Shown here in pieces: positions 20,792 to 28,656 of a DNA stretch of 28,656 bases. The position numbers were made by a program, and so were the translations under genes. The first letter of the stretch is position 1. Every line of letters starts with the position of its first letter. The stretch is from an uncultured Solirubrobacteraceae bacterium (lineage in GTDB: Bacteria > Actinomycetota > Thermoleophilia > Solirubrobacterales > Solirubrobacteraceae), in assembly GCA_964588985.1 (NCBI GenBank), contig CAZPQW010000034.1, positions 1 to 28,656 of the forward strand. Direction: 5' to 3'. The notes beneath the pieces are model-generated. The model did not search any database and had not been told where the DNA came from. It saw only the letters and a program-made list of their open reading frames with translations.

Positions 20792-20823
20792 CGATCTTGG
20801 TGGGTGACCGCCGAGACGGTCGA

Positions 20824-20897
20824 TGGGCGCGGCCCGACTCGAACGGGCGACCCCCTCGGTGTAAACGAGGTGCTCTAGCCAACTGAGCTACGCGCCC
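20824..20897 (-). tRNA. tRNA-Val (TAC), CCA not encoded
   Basis: Reverse complement folds as GGGCGCG-TA-GCTC...GAGC-A-CCTCG-TT-TAC-AC-CGAGG...GCCCG-TTCGAGT-CGGGC-CGCGCCC-A. Confidence 0.96.
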
Positions 20898-20969
20898 CCG
20901 TTGGGGACCACAAGGCTAGCGTGACTGGGACTGACTGCCTGGTCGGGCCACCCGTGCAAAGCTTGTCGC

Positions 20970-21641
20970 GTGGGAAGAGTCGGCCACATCGGTTGGTGGC
21001 TGGCGGGGGCGGTCGTGCTGGTACTCGTCCTTGCCCAACTGCTGCTGCCGCGGATCGCCGCGAGCGTGGTCTCCTCGCGCGTGGGCCGCTACGGCAAGGT
21101 GGAGAGCGTCAGCGTGAGCGCGTGGCCGGCGGTGAAGCTCCTGTGGGGGAGCGTCGACTCCGTGCACGTGCGCGTGAAGAGCATCGCGGTGAGCCCCGAG
21201 GAGGCGGCCAAGCTGCTGTGGGAAGCGCACACCACGACCGACATGGACGTCTCCGCTGAACACGTCAGCGTCGGCGAACTGCAGCTGACGGGCGCCACGC
21301 TCACCAAGCGCGGGAACGCGCTCACAGCGCGCGGGAGCGCAACCGACGCGGCGGTGAAGGCGGCGCTGCCGACGGGGTTCGAGATCCAGCTGCTGCGCAG
21401 CGAAGGCGGCGAGGTGGAAGTGCTCGCCAGCGGCTCGCTGTTCGGCGTCGGTGCATCGGTGAAAGCGGTCGGGCAGGCGAGCGAAGGCAGGCTCGTCGCG
21501 CACCCGCTCGGGTTCCTCCTCAGTGGGTTTCGCCTGAACGTGTTCTCGGACCCCCACGTATACATCGAGGGCGTGGGGGCGAGCGTCGAGTCCCAGCAGC
21601 CGCTCAGCTACCGGCTGAGCATGACCGCGCGCCTGCACTGA
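20970..21641 (+). CDS. Membrane-anchored DUF2993/LmeA-like protein
   Basis: N-terminal TM WWLAGAVVLVLVLAQLLLP, then VSVSAWPAVKLLWGSVDSVHV, a pattern typical of DUF2993/LmeA. Beta-rich body. Confidence 0.6.
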   Translation: MGRVGHIGWWLAGAVVLVLVLAQLLLPRIAASVVSSRVGRYGKVESVSVSAWPAVKLLWGSVDSVHVRVKSIAVSPEEAAKLLWEAHTTTDMDVSAEHVSVGELQLTGATLTKRGNALTARGSATDAAVKAALPTGFEIQLLRSEGGEVEVLASGSLFGVGASVKAVGQASEGRLVAHPLGFLLSGFRLNVFSDPHVYIEGVGASVESQQPLSYRLSMTARLH

Positions 21642-21675
21642 CGCGCAACGCCCTCCGGCGCGGTGGCGCGGGCGC

Positions 21676-23130
21676 TCAGGCCGCGGCCGAGAGATCGGCG
21701 AGCGGCGCGCCGGTGCGCGGCATAACGACGGCCGGAAGGCCGTCCTTAGGACTGATTGTGGGCATCTGGCGGATGCTCAGCTGGAAGTCGTCCGGGACCG
21801 AGAGGGTGCAGCGCGACAGGATCAGCGTCGCGATCGCGCGGACCTCCAGCTGGCCGAAACGCATGCCGATGCACGTCCGCGAGCCGCCGCCGAACGGGAC
21901 GTAGGCGCCCTTGGGCAACGCCGCGCGGGCCTCCGGGGCGAAGCGCTCCGGGCGGAACTCCTCCGGCTCGGCGAACACGTCTGGCAGATGGTGCGATGCC
22001 CACGAGCAGTAGTTGACGAACGCGCGCGCCGGCACCGTGCGGCCCTCGAACTCAAACGCCTCAAGCGAGCGCCGCGGCCCGATCCACGCGGGCGGGTACT
22101 TGCGCAGCGTCTCGTCGAGCACCATCTCGAGCTCCGTCAGCTCGCCGGACATCAGCTGCGCCGCGGTCGGCTGCCCGTTCTCGAGCAGCGCGTCCTGCTC
22201 GGCGACCAGCCGCTCGATGATCCGCGGCTGGCGGGCTAGCTCGTAGAACATGAACGACACCGTCGAGGTGGTGGTGTCGTGGCCGGCGAACATCAGCGTC
22301 ATCACCTCGTCGCGGATCTGCAGGTCCGAGAGCGTGTTGCCCTCCTCGTCGTGCGCGTCCAGGAGCAGGCTGAGGATGTCGTGGCCGCGCTTACCGGTGG
22401 CGCGACGGCTCGAGATCTCCGAGTAGATCAGCGTGTCGAGCTTGCGCGCCGCCTGCTGGAGTTTGGCCCACGGGCTGAACGGGCCGCGCAGGATGCGCAG
22501 GACGTACTCGGTGGAGTAGAAGGAGAGCGCCTCCTCGAACAGCTCCGCGGCGTCGATCGCGCGGGCCTGCGGGCCGTCCGGGTCGAGGCCGAACAGCGCG
22601 CGCATCGCCACCCGCAGCGCCAGGTGCCGGGTCCACGCGTAGAGGTCGATCGTCGCGCCGGGCGTGAACTGCTCGAGCGCGCGGTTGGTCTCCTCGACGA
22701 TCGTGTCCGCCGAGGCGGCGATGTGCTCGCGGTGGAACGCGGGCAGCATGATCAGCCGCGAGCGGCGGTGGAACTCGCCGTCGATCGTCAGCAGCCCGTC
22801 GCCCATCAGGCCGATCAGATCGCGGAAGTGCGATTCGCGCCAGATGAAGTTCGACGCGTGGGAGACCGTGATGTAGTGGTTCGCCGCCGGCCCGAGCATG
22901 AACACCACGTTGCCGTGGAACAGCCGCAGCGTGAAGATCGGCCCGAAGCGCTCGTAGGCCTCAAGCAGCATCGGCAGCGGGTCATCGGCGAAGCGTCTCG
23001 TGCGCGCGAGCGAGAAGTTCGTTTCGCCGGGCGGGAACGGGACCGTCGCGGAGCGCTCCTCGCGGAGGTCCGTAAGAAGCACCGAAAGCGGGCTCGATTT
23101 CAGCAGCGGTGGAGGGCCGACGAGCGCCAC
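21676..23130 (-). CDS. Cytochrome P450
   Basis: I-helix FAGHDTT, K-helix ETLR, PERF, heme ligand loop PFGGGSRTCIG. Confidence 0.95.
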   Translation of the reverse strand: MALVGPPPLLKSSPLSVLLTDLREERSATVPFPPGETNFSLARTRRFADDPLPMLLEAYERFGPIFTLRLFHGNVVFMLGPAANHYITVSHASNFIWRESHFRDLIGLMGDGLLTIDGEFHRRSRLIMLPAFHREHIAASADTIVEETNRALEQFTPGATIDLYAWTRHLALRVAMRALFGLDPDGPQARAIDAAELFEEALSFYSTEYVLRILRGPFSPWAKLQQAARKLDTLIYSEISSRRATGKRGHDILSLLLDAHDEEGNTLSDLQIRDEVMTLMFAGHDTTTSTVSFMFYELARQPRIIERLVAEQDALLENGQPTAAQLMSGELTELEMVLDETLRKYPPAWIGPRRSLEAFEFEGRTVPARAFVNYCSWASHHLPDVFAEPEEFRPERFAPEARAALPKGAYVPFGGGSRTCIGMRFGQLEVRAIATLILSRCTLSVPDDFQLSIRQMPTISPKDGLPAVVMPRTGAPLADLSAAA

Positions 23131-23249
23131 GCCGACAGCCTAGACTAAATTTGGCTGGCCGGCCAGAATGGGTCGGGACGAGGACATCGGCCAAGCCTTG
23201 GCATACTGGTGGAGCACGGAAGGTCCCCCGAGGCCCTTACGAGCATCGC

Positions 23250-23323
23250 GGGGGCGTAGCTCAGTAGGTTAGAGCGCTGCCCTGTCACGGCAGAGGTCGC
23301 GGGTTCGAGTCCCGTCGCTCCCG
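23250..23323 (+). tRNA. tRNA-Asp (GTC), CCA not encoded
   Basis: GGGGGCG-TA-GCTC...GAGC-G-CTGCC-CT-GTC-AC-GGCAG...GCGGG-TTCGAGT-CCCGT-CGCTCCC-G. Confidence 0.96.
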
Positions 23324-23418
23324 CTTCCACCGCATTTCCCGCCGTCTCGACGGGCGTTTCGCCGCGGTGCCAACAGAGTGTTCGACTTACATCACTCCCG
23401 CTGTGACGGCGACGTGTG

Positions 23419-24306
23419 TCAGACGTCGATCTGGCGCAGCCCGAGTCGCCCTGTGGCGCGCAGCAGGTCGTCGACGAAACCGTGGGCGTCAGCAGCGGCC
23501 TCGTCGAGTTCGCTGTCAGCGCCGACAGTGAAGGTTGCTGTACGGCGAGGACCGGTGTGCTCGGGCGTGGCGAAGTCTCGGTGCAGGAATCCGAGGGCGC
23601 GCGCGACGATTTCGGCGTGGTGTTGGGTGTGAAGGTGCAGGCGCTCAGCGATTGCAGTGCCTCGTCCGGGGGTGTGGCGAATGACGTAGACGAGGTCGTA
23701 GGCGTCCTTGGGCTCGCCGCGGTGGCCGAGCGCAAGAGCCTTGAGGGCGACGAACGCGGCGGGTCCGCAGACGGGAACAGTGCGTCGTGCTCGCTCTCCC
23801 GTGAGGGTGTATCCGTCGAGTTCGATGTTGACGCGTTCGTCAAAGGCGAGTTCGAGGCCGGGGGTAACCACCGCCCCAAAGTCGGGCTCGAGGTTCTGCA
23901 CCCGAAGTGCTGGATCGTGAGCGGACGCGGGTGGCATCAGGAAGTCGATCGTCACCTTCAGCTCTCCGAGTCGCCATCGCTGGACGGTCTGGTTGCCTTG
24001 CGTGTTGGTGTCGGGTTCGAACCCCTCGCTGCGAAGTCGGCTGCTGATCTCGGCGTACCGCTCGTCGTCGAGTAGCGCGAGGGCGAGGCCGATGTCGAGG
24101 TCGTTGGTGCCTGGATGGATCTCGTCATCAGCACCGTCGGTTCGTGTGGTGTCGATGAGCAGCGGCGGTACGAGGCCACCGACGATGCAAATGTCATCGA
24201 GGAAGGCGCCGAGTGTGACCGCGACGGTGAGGCACACAGCCTTGACTTGCTCGGTCTCCTCGGCCGTGTAGCCGGAGCGGTGGCGTGGCTTGTCAGGGGC
24301 GGGCAT
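23419..24306 (-). CDS. AbiEii/AbiGii-like nucleotidyltransferase toxin (type IV TA)
   Basis: Pol-beta NTase motifs IVGGLVP and GTNDLDIGL, C-terminal ALKALA...PKDAYDL. ATG 24306 overlaps the end of the antitoxin gene. Confidence 0.8.
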   Translation of the reverse strand: MPAPDKPRHRSGYTAEETEQVKAVCLTVAVTLGAFLDDICIVGGLVPPLLIDTTRTDGADDEIHPGTNDLDIGLALALLDDERYAEISSRLRSEGFEPDTNTQGNQTVQRWRLGELKVTIDFLMPPASAHDPALRVQNLEPDFGAVVTPGLELAFDERVNIELDGYTLTGERARRTVPVCGPAAFVALKALALGHRGEPKDAYDLVYVIRHTPGRGTAIAERLHLHTQHHAEIVARALGFLHRDFATPEHTGPRRTATFTVGADSELDEAAADAHGFVDDLLRATGRLGLRQIDV

Positions 24307-25357
24307 GCCAGATTGCTCCCTCGTGGCGTAGCTCCTCCGCTGCCTCGCGAGCGCGCTCGGGTAGGGCGAGGAGGTCGAGGTAGACCTGTACGCGCGACAC
24401 GCACGGCAACCCTTCGACGTCCTGCTGGCCGTCGAAGACGCCGCGGTCGTCGGGGCCGATGAGCTGCACGTTGGCGCCGCGCTCGTTGTGTCGGAGCTCG
24501 ATCGCATCCGCGGCGGCGCGTGGGTCGCCGTGGACGTAGACGCTGTTGAGGCGGAAACGGGCGAAGTGGTCAAGCGCCCATGCGGCGGTCAGCCCGGTGA
24601 ACGCGTGGTCGACGTCGGCCTCACGTAGCCGATGGTCGAGCTCGCGCGCCAGCTCGATGCCGCTTCCCGAGATGTGCCCGGCGATGGTGTCGTGGCGACC
24701 GAAGTGGTACTCGTCGGCCCAGGCATCTAGCAGAAGGTCACGGTTGCGGGGGCGCAGCAGTGCTCGATCGCGAGCGATGAGCTCGTCGTCCTCCAGTCGC
24801 CGAACGACCCGCGAGACGCGGCCGGCGTCGAGGTCGGTGTGTTCGCTGAGCTCCTTTTGGCGCCACCAGCGCTCGGGGTCCAGCAGCAGGGTTCGCGCTA
24901 CACGAGAGCTCTTGGGTGCAAAGGCAGACGAAGGGCGACCCCGGGTCGGGAACTGATTGGGGCGGCCTTGAATCGAGACATAGAGATCCTTGTCGCGGAT
25001 GTGTGCGTTTCCCGAGAGGTCGAGCCAGTTCAGATCGCGCTCCGCGGCCGCTTTCGCGCCGGCTGGCGTCATGAACGGCACGACCAGCACGGCGATGCCG
25101 TCATGAGTCGAGAGGCGCGCCATCTGCTCTGCGGCCAATGCAACGACTCCCGGGCTGGCCGCTGCCTTGACCTCGATCAGCCAGAGACGGCCGTTGCTAT
25201 TGATGATCGCATCGTGGCCACCGTCGGGCGCCTGTTGCTGGGGTGGGCCGATGTCCGGCTCGTCGAGCAGGTCTTCGAGAATGGCCGGAAGGCGCCGCAG
25301 CGCCTCGCGCTCGAACTGCACTCCTGCGTAAGGGGCGTTGGTTGCACGGCTCAGCAT
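24293..25357 (-). CDS. AbiEi-like antitoxin: N-terminal PD-(D/E)xK-like domain, winged HTH, AbiEi C-terminal domain
   Basis: FE...DGGHD...IEVK, WLDLSGNAHI, HTH WRQKELSEHTDLDAGRVSRVVRRL, LLDAWADEY, and VSRVQVYLDLLALPERAREAAE. Confidence 0.8.
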   Translation of the reverse strand: MLSRATNAPYAGVQFEREALRRLPAILEDLLDEPDIGPPQQQAPDGGHDAIINSNGRLWLIEVKAAASPGVVALAAEQMARLSTHDGIAVLVVPFMTPAGAKAAAERDLNWLDLSGNAHIRDKDLYVSIQGRPNQFPTRGRPSSAFAPKSSRVARTLLLDPERWWRQKELSEHTDLDAGRVSRVVRRLEDDELIARDRALLRPRNRDLLLDAWADEYHFGRHDTIAGHISGSGIELARELDHRLREADVDHAFTGLTAAWALDHFARFRLNSVYVHGDPRAAADAIELRHNERGANVQLIGPDDRGVFDGQQDVEGLPCVSRVQVYLDLLALPERAREAAEELRHEGAIWHARP

Positions 25358-25403
25358 ACGGCGTATTTTATGCAGCTAGTTACCTAAAAGCAAGTAATTG
25401 CTT
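25358..25403 (-). promoter_or_regulatory. Near-consensus leaderless sigma70 promoter with a palindromic operator over the -35 box
   Basis: Minus strand reads TTGCTT, 17 nt, TAAAAT, 7 nt, ATG(25357). Palindrome AAGCAA-gtaa-TTGCTT at 25388-25403. Confidence 0.7.
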
Positions 25404-25526
25404 GCGCAGGCAGTCGGAGGCTTTTGCGCAACACGTGGTCCGCTCCAGGGCCACCAAAGGGCCGTGTGCGGGTTTCAGTCGGCCCTATAGTCGGATCTTG
25501 ATCCGGTGTCCAGAGCACGTCAGACC

Positions 25527-25539
25527 CCCGTCGCTCCCG
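25527..25539 (+). repeat. att-like duplicate of the tRNA-Asp 3' end
   Basis: Exact 13-bp match to 23311-23323. Both copies are followed within about 15 nt by CCCGCCGT. Confidence 0.65.
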
Positions 25540-25556
25540 TACTTTACCCCCGCCGT

Positions 25557-25597
25557 TCCTGCCGCTTCTTCGCGCCTGTTCTCGAAGAACGGCAGGA
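25557..25597. terminator. Strong stem-loop just after the att-like repeat (possible displaced tRNA terminator or bidirectional terminator)
   Basis: TCCTGCCG-c-TTCTTCG ... CGAAGAA-CGGCAGGA forms a 15-bp stem with one bulge. No clear U-tract. Confidence 0.5.
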
Positions 25598-25641
25598 TCG
25601 AGGGTTGTGGCTGACGTAGACGATGGTCTGAATCTACGTGC

Positions 25642-26037
25642 TCAGTGGTGAGGCAGCGGCGCGTCTTTGCATTCTCCGGATTCGTCATCGACTTCCACGA
25701 CGCGGTTGAGCATCCAGTCGGCCGGTGCTTCGCGGGCTTGCTCGGCGTGCTGCTGGATGTGGGCGATGGCGTCGCTGAAGAGCGGGAGCTGGGCATCGCG
25801 TGTGCGCTGTGGCAGAACTACGAGCCCGGTGTGCAGATCCGCGTTGGCGCAGAGTCCTATGAAGTCTGCGTGGTTGTTCGTGACGAACACGAACTCCTCT
25901 CCGACAGCGAGGGTGAGCAGCTCCTCGTCCGGCATACCGAGGTGGCCGCGGTCGCGTGTGCATGTGGCCTCGTACCCGTGCTCGTGCGCCATACCGACGA
26001 GCGCCGGAGTGAGGCACTCGTCGATCCAGAACCTCAC
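25642..26037 (-). CDS. DUF5615 / VapC45-like PIN toxin
   Basis: GTG start overlaps the upstream TGA. Motifs RFWIDECL, GMPDEELL, FVTNNHADF, HTGLVVL. Confidence 0.85.
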   Translation of the reverse strand: MRFWIDECLTPALVGMAHEHGYEATCTRDRGHLGMPDEELLTLAVGEEFVFVTNNHADFIGLCANADLHTGLVVLPQRTRDAQLPLFSDAIAHIQQHAEQAREAPADWMLNRVVEVDDESGECKDAPLPHH

Positions 26038-26648
26038 GCGCTCCGTGTGGTGCTGCGCTTGGGGGGCGCGGGACGGTTCTGGGCGTTGTCCCATGGTGCC
26101 GGTGGCCTGCCGCGGCGTGGGTTTGCGTGCGTCCACGGCACCGCGACGGCGTACGCCTCCTCTGGGATGTGCGGGTAGTCCTCGCGTAGCGCCTCGCGCG
26201 TCTCGCCCATCTCGATCAGGCCGGCGATCGTGCGGACGGGTACGCGTGTGCCGGTGATGACTGGCTCGCCGCCCATCACGGCTGGGTTGTGTTCGATGTA
26301 GAGGTCGCGAAGGTGGGTGTAGGACTCGGCACGCTCGATTGTCTGTGCGGCGTCCTCGGTCATCGCGACACGCAGTGCCTCGGACAGCTCGAACTCCGAG
26401 CCCACCGCAAGGGGCTGTAGGTGCGCCAGCCAGCTGCGCAGGCGTCCCTTCGTCTTGTTCGGAAGCGTGACGTCAATCTGCCGCAGCAGCACGAGCAGCG
26501 CGACTTCGTGTGCCGGGAGCAGTGGCTTGCCTGCACGACGTTTCGGCTTCACGATGCCCTGTTCGATTGCCTTGTCGATCGCGTTCAGCGGAACGCGGCC
26601 GATCTCGGCGGCCTCGCGGCGGGTGAGTAGTGCGGATGTCGATGCCAT
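26034..26648 (-). CDS. DUF433-containing antitoxin (VapB45-like) with N-terminal HTH
   Basis: N-terminal LLTRREAAEIGRV. C-terminal NPAVMGGEPVITGTRVPVRTI...GETREALREDYP is DUF433. Start could instead be 26675. Confidence 0.87.
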   Translation of the reverse strand: MASTSALLTRREAAEIGRVPLNAIDKAIEQGIVKPKRRAGKPLLPAHEVALLVLLRQIDVTLPNKTKGRLRSWLAHLQPLAVGSEFELSEALRVAMTEDAAQTIERAESYTHLRDLYIEHNPAVMGGEPVITGTRVPVRTIAGLIEMGETREALREDYPHIPEEAYAVAVPWTHANPRRGRPPAPWDNAQNRPAPPKRSTTRSA

Positions 26649-26693
26649 AGAAATCAGTCCCCAAGCCTGCAGCACTTTATCATGAGGCCACGG

Positions 26694-27947
26694 CTACGCC
26701 GGCGCGGCTGAGTAGCCATAGAACGCGTATGGGTTGAGGAACTGACGGCCCCAGAAGAGCGCCCGGTCGACTTCCGTCATCTGCGCGAGGTCGCACACCT
26801 CGGGCCACCCATGCTCGATCACCTCTATTTGGTGGTCGATCAACTCGCGCGCTTCGCTCTCGGTGAGCATGAACGTCGACGCGCGCTCGACGCAGCCGGC
26901 GAGCTGGCTCATACGGAAGCCGTCGGTACCGATCGTCATCGCCTGGCTCGTCTCGCCCCCGGCCCGCGGCTGTGGGCAGATGTCATACGCGGGGGTGAGC
27001 GTGAGCGACTCGCCGTCCCACAAGGCGGCGTGGTTGCGCGCGTGATCGTCGCTGTTGCCGGTGAGGATGTTGAACGTGATGCGCGCGAACAGCTCGCGGA
27101 GGGTGCCGCGCGCGTCGACGAAGCGTTCGCGCACGACCTGGGCGAGATCTGAGTAGCTCGCGTAGCGGGCCATCATCTCGTCCAGCCCGAGGATCGTGAG
27201 CGCCGACACGAGCGCTCGCCTCCGCTTGGTCCCCGGCACGCGGTCGAAGCGCTCGACGAGCAGGACGTCGCGACCCATCACCTCTCTCAGCTCGACTCTC
27301 GCGGTTCTCAACCCGGCGCGGGCCGCGAGCTCCATCGCCGCGAACTCGCCCTTGACGACTGGATAGGTGTCTGTGCTCGACGAGAACTTCGCGATCAGGT
27401 CCCGACCGTCGTCCTTCAGTAGTGCCTTCGGGCGCGCGCCGCCCACGGAGCTGCCGTGCAGAAGCGCGAGGTCGAGGGCGGGCGAGAGCCGTCTACCGGC
27501 GCTCACCGCGTCGGCGGCTTCCATCAGCTCCGCGAGCGTCGCGGACATTTCGTCGCGGCTGACGTACACGTCGGAGCGGGCCTGGAAGTCGAGCGCGCCG
27601 ATGCGGTTGGAGCCGGACCGCTGGAGATAGGTGAGCGGGCCGAAGGCCGCACGGTCTTTGCCCTCGGCGCCGAGCAGGTGCTGCATCACGACCCGCTGAC
27701 CCCATGCGTCCGGCCCCGCATCCTTGATGCAGCCGGCGATCGTCAGTCCTCCCATTGGTGCGATCGCCCCCGGCCGTAGCGGCAGCTCCGGAAGGTACAG
27801 CGGGATCGCGTCCGGGCGGCCGAGGTAGCTGCGGCCGTAGTTGAAGCTGACGATCCCGCCTGCCAGCTCGAGGCGGCCCGCGACGACCGGCTCCTCCGCA
27901 CCCGGCAGCCAGGTCCACACAAATGCCTCGGCGGGCTCAGAAGTCAT
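26694..27947 (-). CDS. hipA: HipA-family Ser/Thr kinase toxin
   Basis: N-terminal HipA-coupled domain (DAGPDAWG), P-loop GSSVGGARPK, IAKF, LLVERFDR, GNSDDHARN, LTPAYD. Confidence 0.92.
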   Translation of the reverse strand: MTSEPAEAFVWTWLPGAEEPVVAGRLELAGGIVSFNYGRSYLGRPDAIPLYLPELPLRPGAIAPMGGLTIAGCIKDAGPDAWGQRVVMQHLLGAEGKDRAAFGPLTYLQRSGSNRIGALDFQARSDVYVSRDEMSATLAELMEAADAVSAGRRLSPALDLALLHGSSVGGARPKALLKDDGRDLIAKFSSSTDTYPVVKGEFAAMELAARAGLRTARVELREVMGRDVLLVERFDRVPGTKRRRALVSALTILGLDEMMARYASYSDLAQVVRERFVDARGTLRELFARITFNILTGNSDDHARNHAALWDGESLTLTPAYDICPQPRAGGETSQAMTIGTDGFRMSQLAGCVERASTFMLTESEARELIDHQIEVIEHGWPEVCDLAQMTEVDRALFWGRQFLNPYAFYGYSAAPA

Positions 27948-28278
27948 CGTTCACCTCGTCAGTCGGGCGCGGGCGGGTGGGGCGCGGCAGGAGTGCGCTG
28001 CGCGCTTCGGTCCGGTCGAGATCGGCGCCGAGTCGTGAGCGCTCGGCATGGAAGAGCGGCACGCCAAGCAGCGCGGCAGCCTCGAACGCCGCGCCCAGGC
28101 CCACGCTGAGATCGCCGTGCTCGATCTTGTAGACAGTGCGGGCGGTGATGCCTGCGCGTTCCGCCAGCTCGTCCTGCGACCAGCGCCGCTCGCGCCGGGC
28201 GAGGCGGATCTGAGCGCCCAGCAGGCGCGCCGCCTCGATGGCGTACGGCGAGCGTGGGCGTGGACGCTTACCAGTCAT
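27937..28278 (-). CDS. HipB-like XRE HTH antitoxin
   Basis: LGAQIRLARRERRWSQDELAERAGITARTVYKIEHGD. Overlaps the hipA start. Confidence 0.88.
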   Translation of the reverse strand: MTGKRPRPRSPYAIEAARLLGAQIRLARRERRWSQDELAERAGITARTVYKIEHGDLSVGLGAAFEAAALLGVPLFHAERSRLGADLDRTEARSALLPRPTRPRPTDEVNDDF

Positions 28279-28325
28279 ATCAGAAATATATTATCTATAA
28301 AATGTTTTAGAGGCATTATTTTTCC
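28279..28325 (-). promoter_or_regulatory. AT-rich promoter/operator of the hipBA-like operon
   Basis: Very AT-rich. TAATAT on the minus strand 9 nt before the ATG. Palindrome TAAAA-tg-TTTTA at 28298-28309. Confidence 0.5.
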
Positions 28326-28439
28326 GATCTCGCCTTACGGGATCGCGCGTCGATTTCCATGCCTTCCGTTCGTCTTTAAGCTCGACAAGGCACACCGGGG
28401 TCGAGTGACCCACGACTTCAGGAGCGAACAAGACCCGTC

Positions 28440-28656
28440 ATGGCGAAGCCAACGAGGACGCACACGCAGCCGCCCACGCCGCCCGTCGCCGACAGCCACG
28501 ACGTCATCCGCGTGCACGGCGCGCGCGTGAACAACCTCAAGGACGTCAGCGTCGAGCTCCCCAAGCGCCGGCTGACGGCGTTCACCGGCGTGTCCGGATC
28601 AGGCAAGAGCTCGCTGGTGTTCGGCACGATCGCCGCGGAGTCGCAGCGGCTGATCA
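28440..28656 (+). CDS. UvrA-like ABC ATPase (class II / DrrC-like), 3'-truncated
   Basis: Absent from the ORF track because there is no stop in the window. AGGAG RBS, then MAKP...[54 protein letters not shown]. Confidence 0.88.
   Translation, partial: MAKPTRTHTQPPTPPVADSHDVIRVHGARVNNLKDVSVELPKRRLTAFTGVSGSGKSSLVFGTIAAESQRLI

Larger units (their letters stand above)
23311..25539. mobile_element. tRNA-Asp-integrated islet (about 2.2 kb) bounded by 13-bp direct repeats, no integrase
   Basis: CCCGTCGCTCCCG at 23311-23323 (tRNA 3' end) recurs exactly at 25527-25539. The cargo is one TA operon. Confidence 0.6.

Noticed and set aside
13542-28656. DrrAB-like exporter plus DrrC-like UvrA as one anthracycline-resistance locus
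   Set aside because: The genes are 13 kb apart with unrelated genes between them, and both families are common in Actinobacteria.

Overview
High-GC actinobacterial-type DNA. Gene content and style suggest Thermoleophilia/Solirubrobacterales, which is an inference. The left half is core genome: the 3' part of clpB, a GYD-domain gene, and a Bacillus-order purine cluster (purE-B-C-S-Q-L-F-N-H, with no purK, purM or purD). The cluster is interrupted by an RHH-antitoxin/PIN-toxin (vapBC) pair between purS and purQ and by a small antisense membrane-protein gene where purM normally sits. Next come a PadR regulator with an ABC-2 exporter, an amidase, an XRE regulator followed by an AT-rich repeat-bearing non-coding tract, tRNA-Lys(TTT), a secreted Leu-rich protein, an FprA-type reductase, tRNA-Val(TAC), an LmeA/DUF2993-like gene, a cytochrome P450 and tRNA-Asp(GTC). 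Downstream of tRNA-Asp is an integrase-free stack of three co-oriented toxin-antitoxin modules: AbiEi/AbiEii-like type IV, DUF433/DUF5615 PIN, and HipBA-like. The first module is bracketed by a 13-bp duplication of the tRNA-Asp 3' end. The window ends in the 5' part of a UvrA-like ATPase. Many genes appear to use leaderless -10 promoters.
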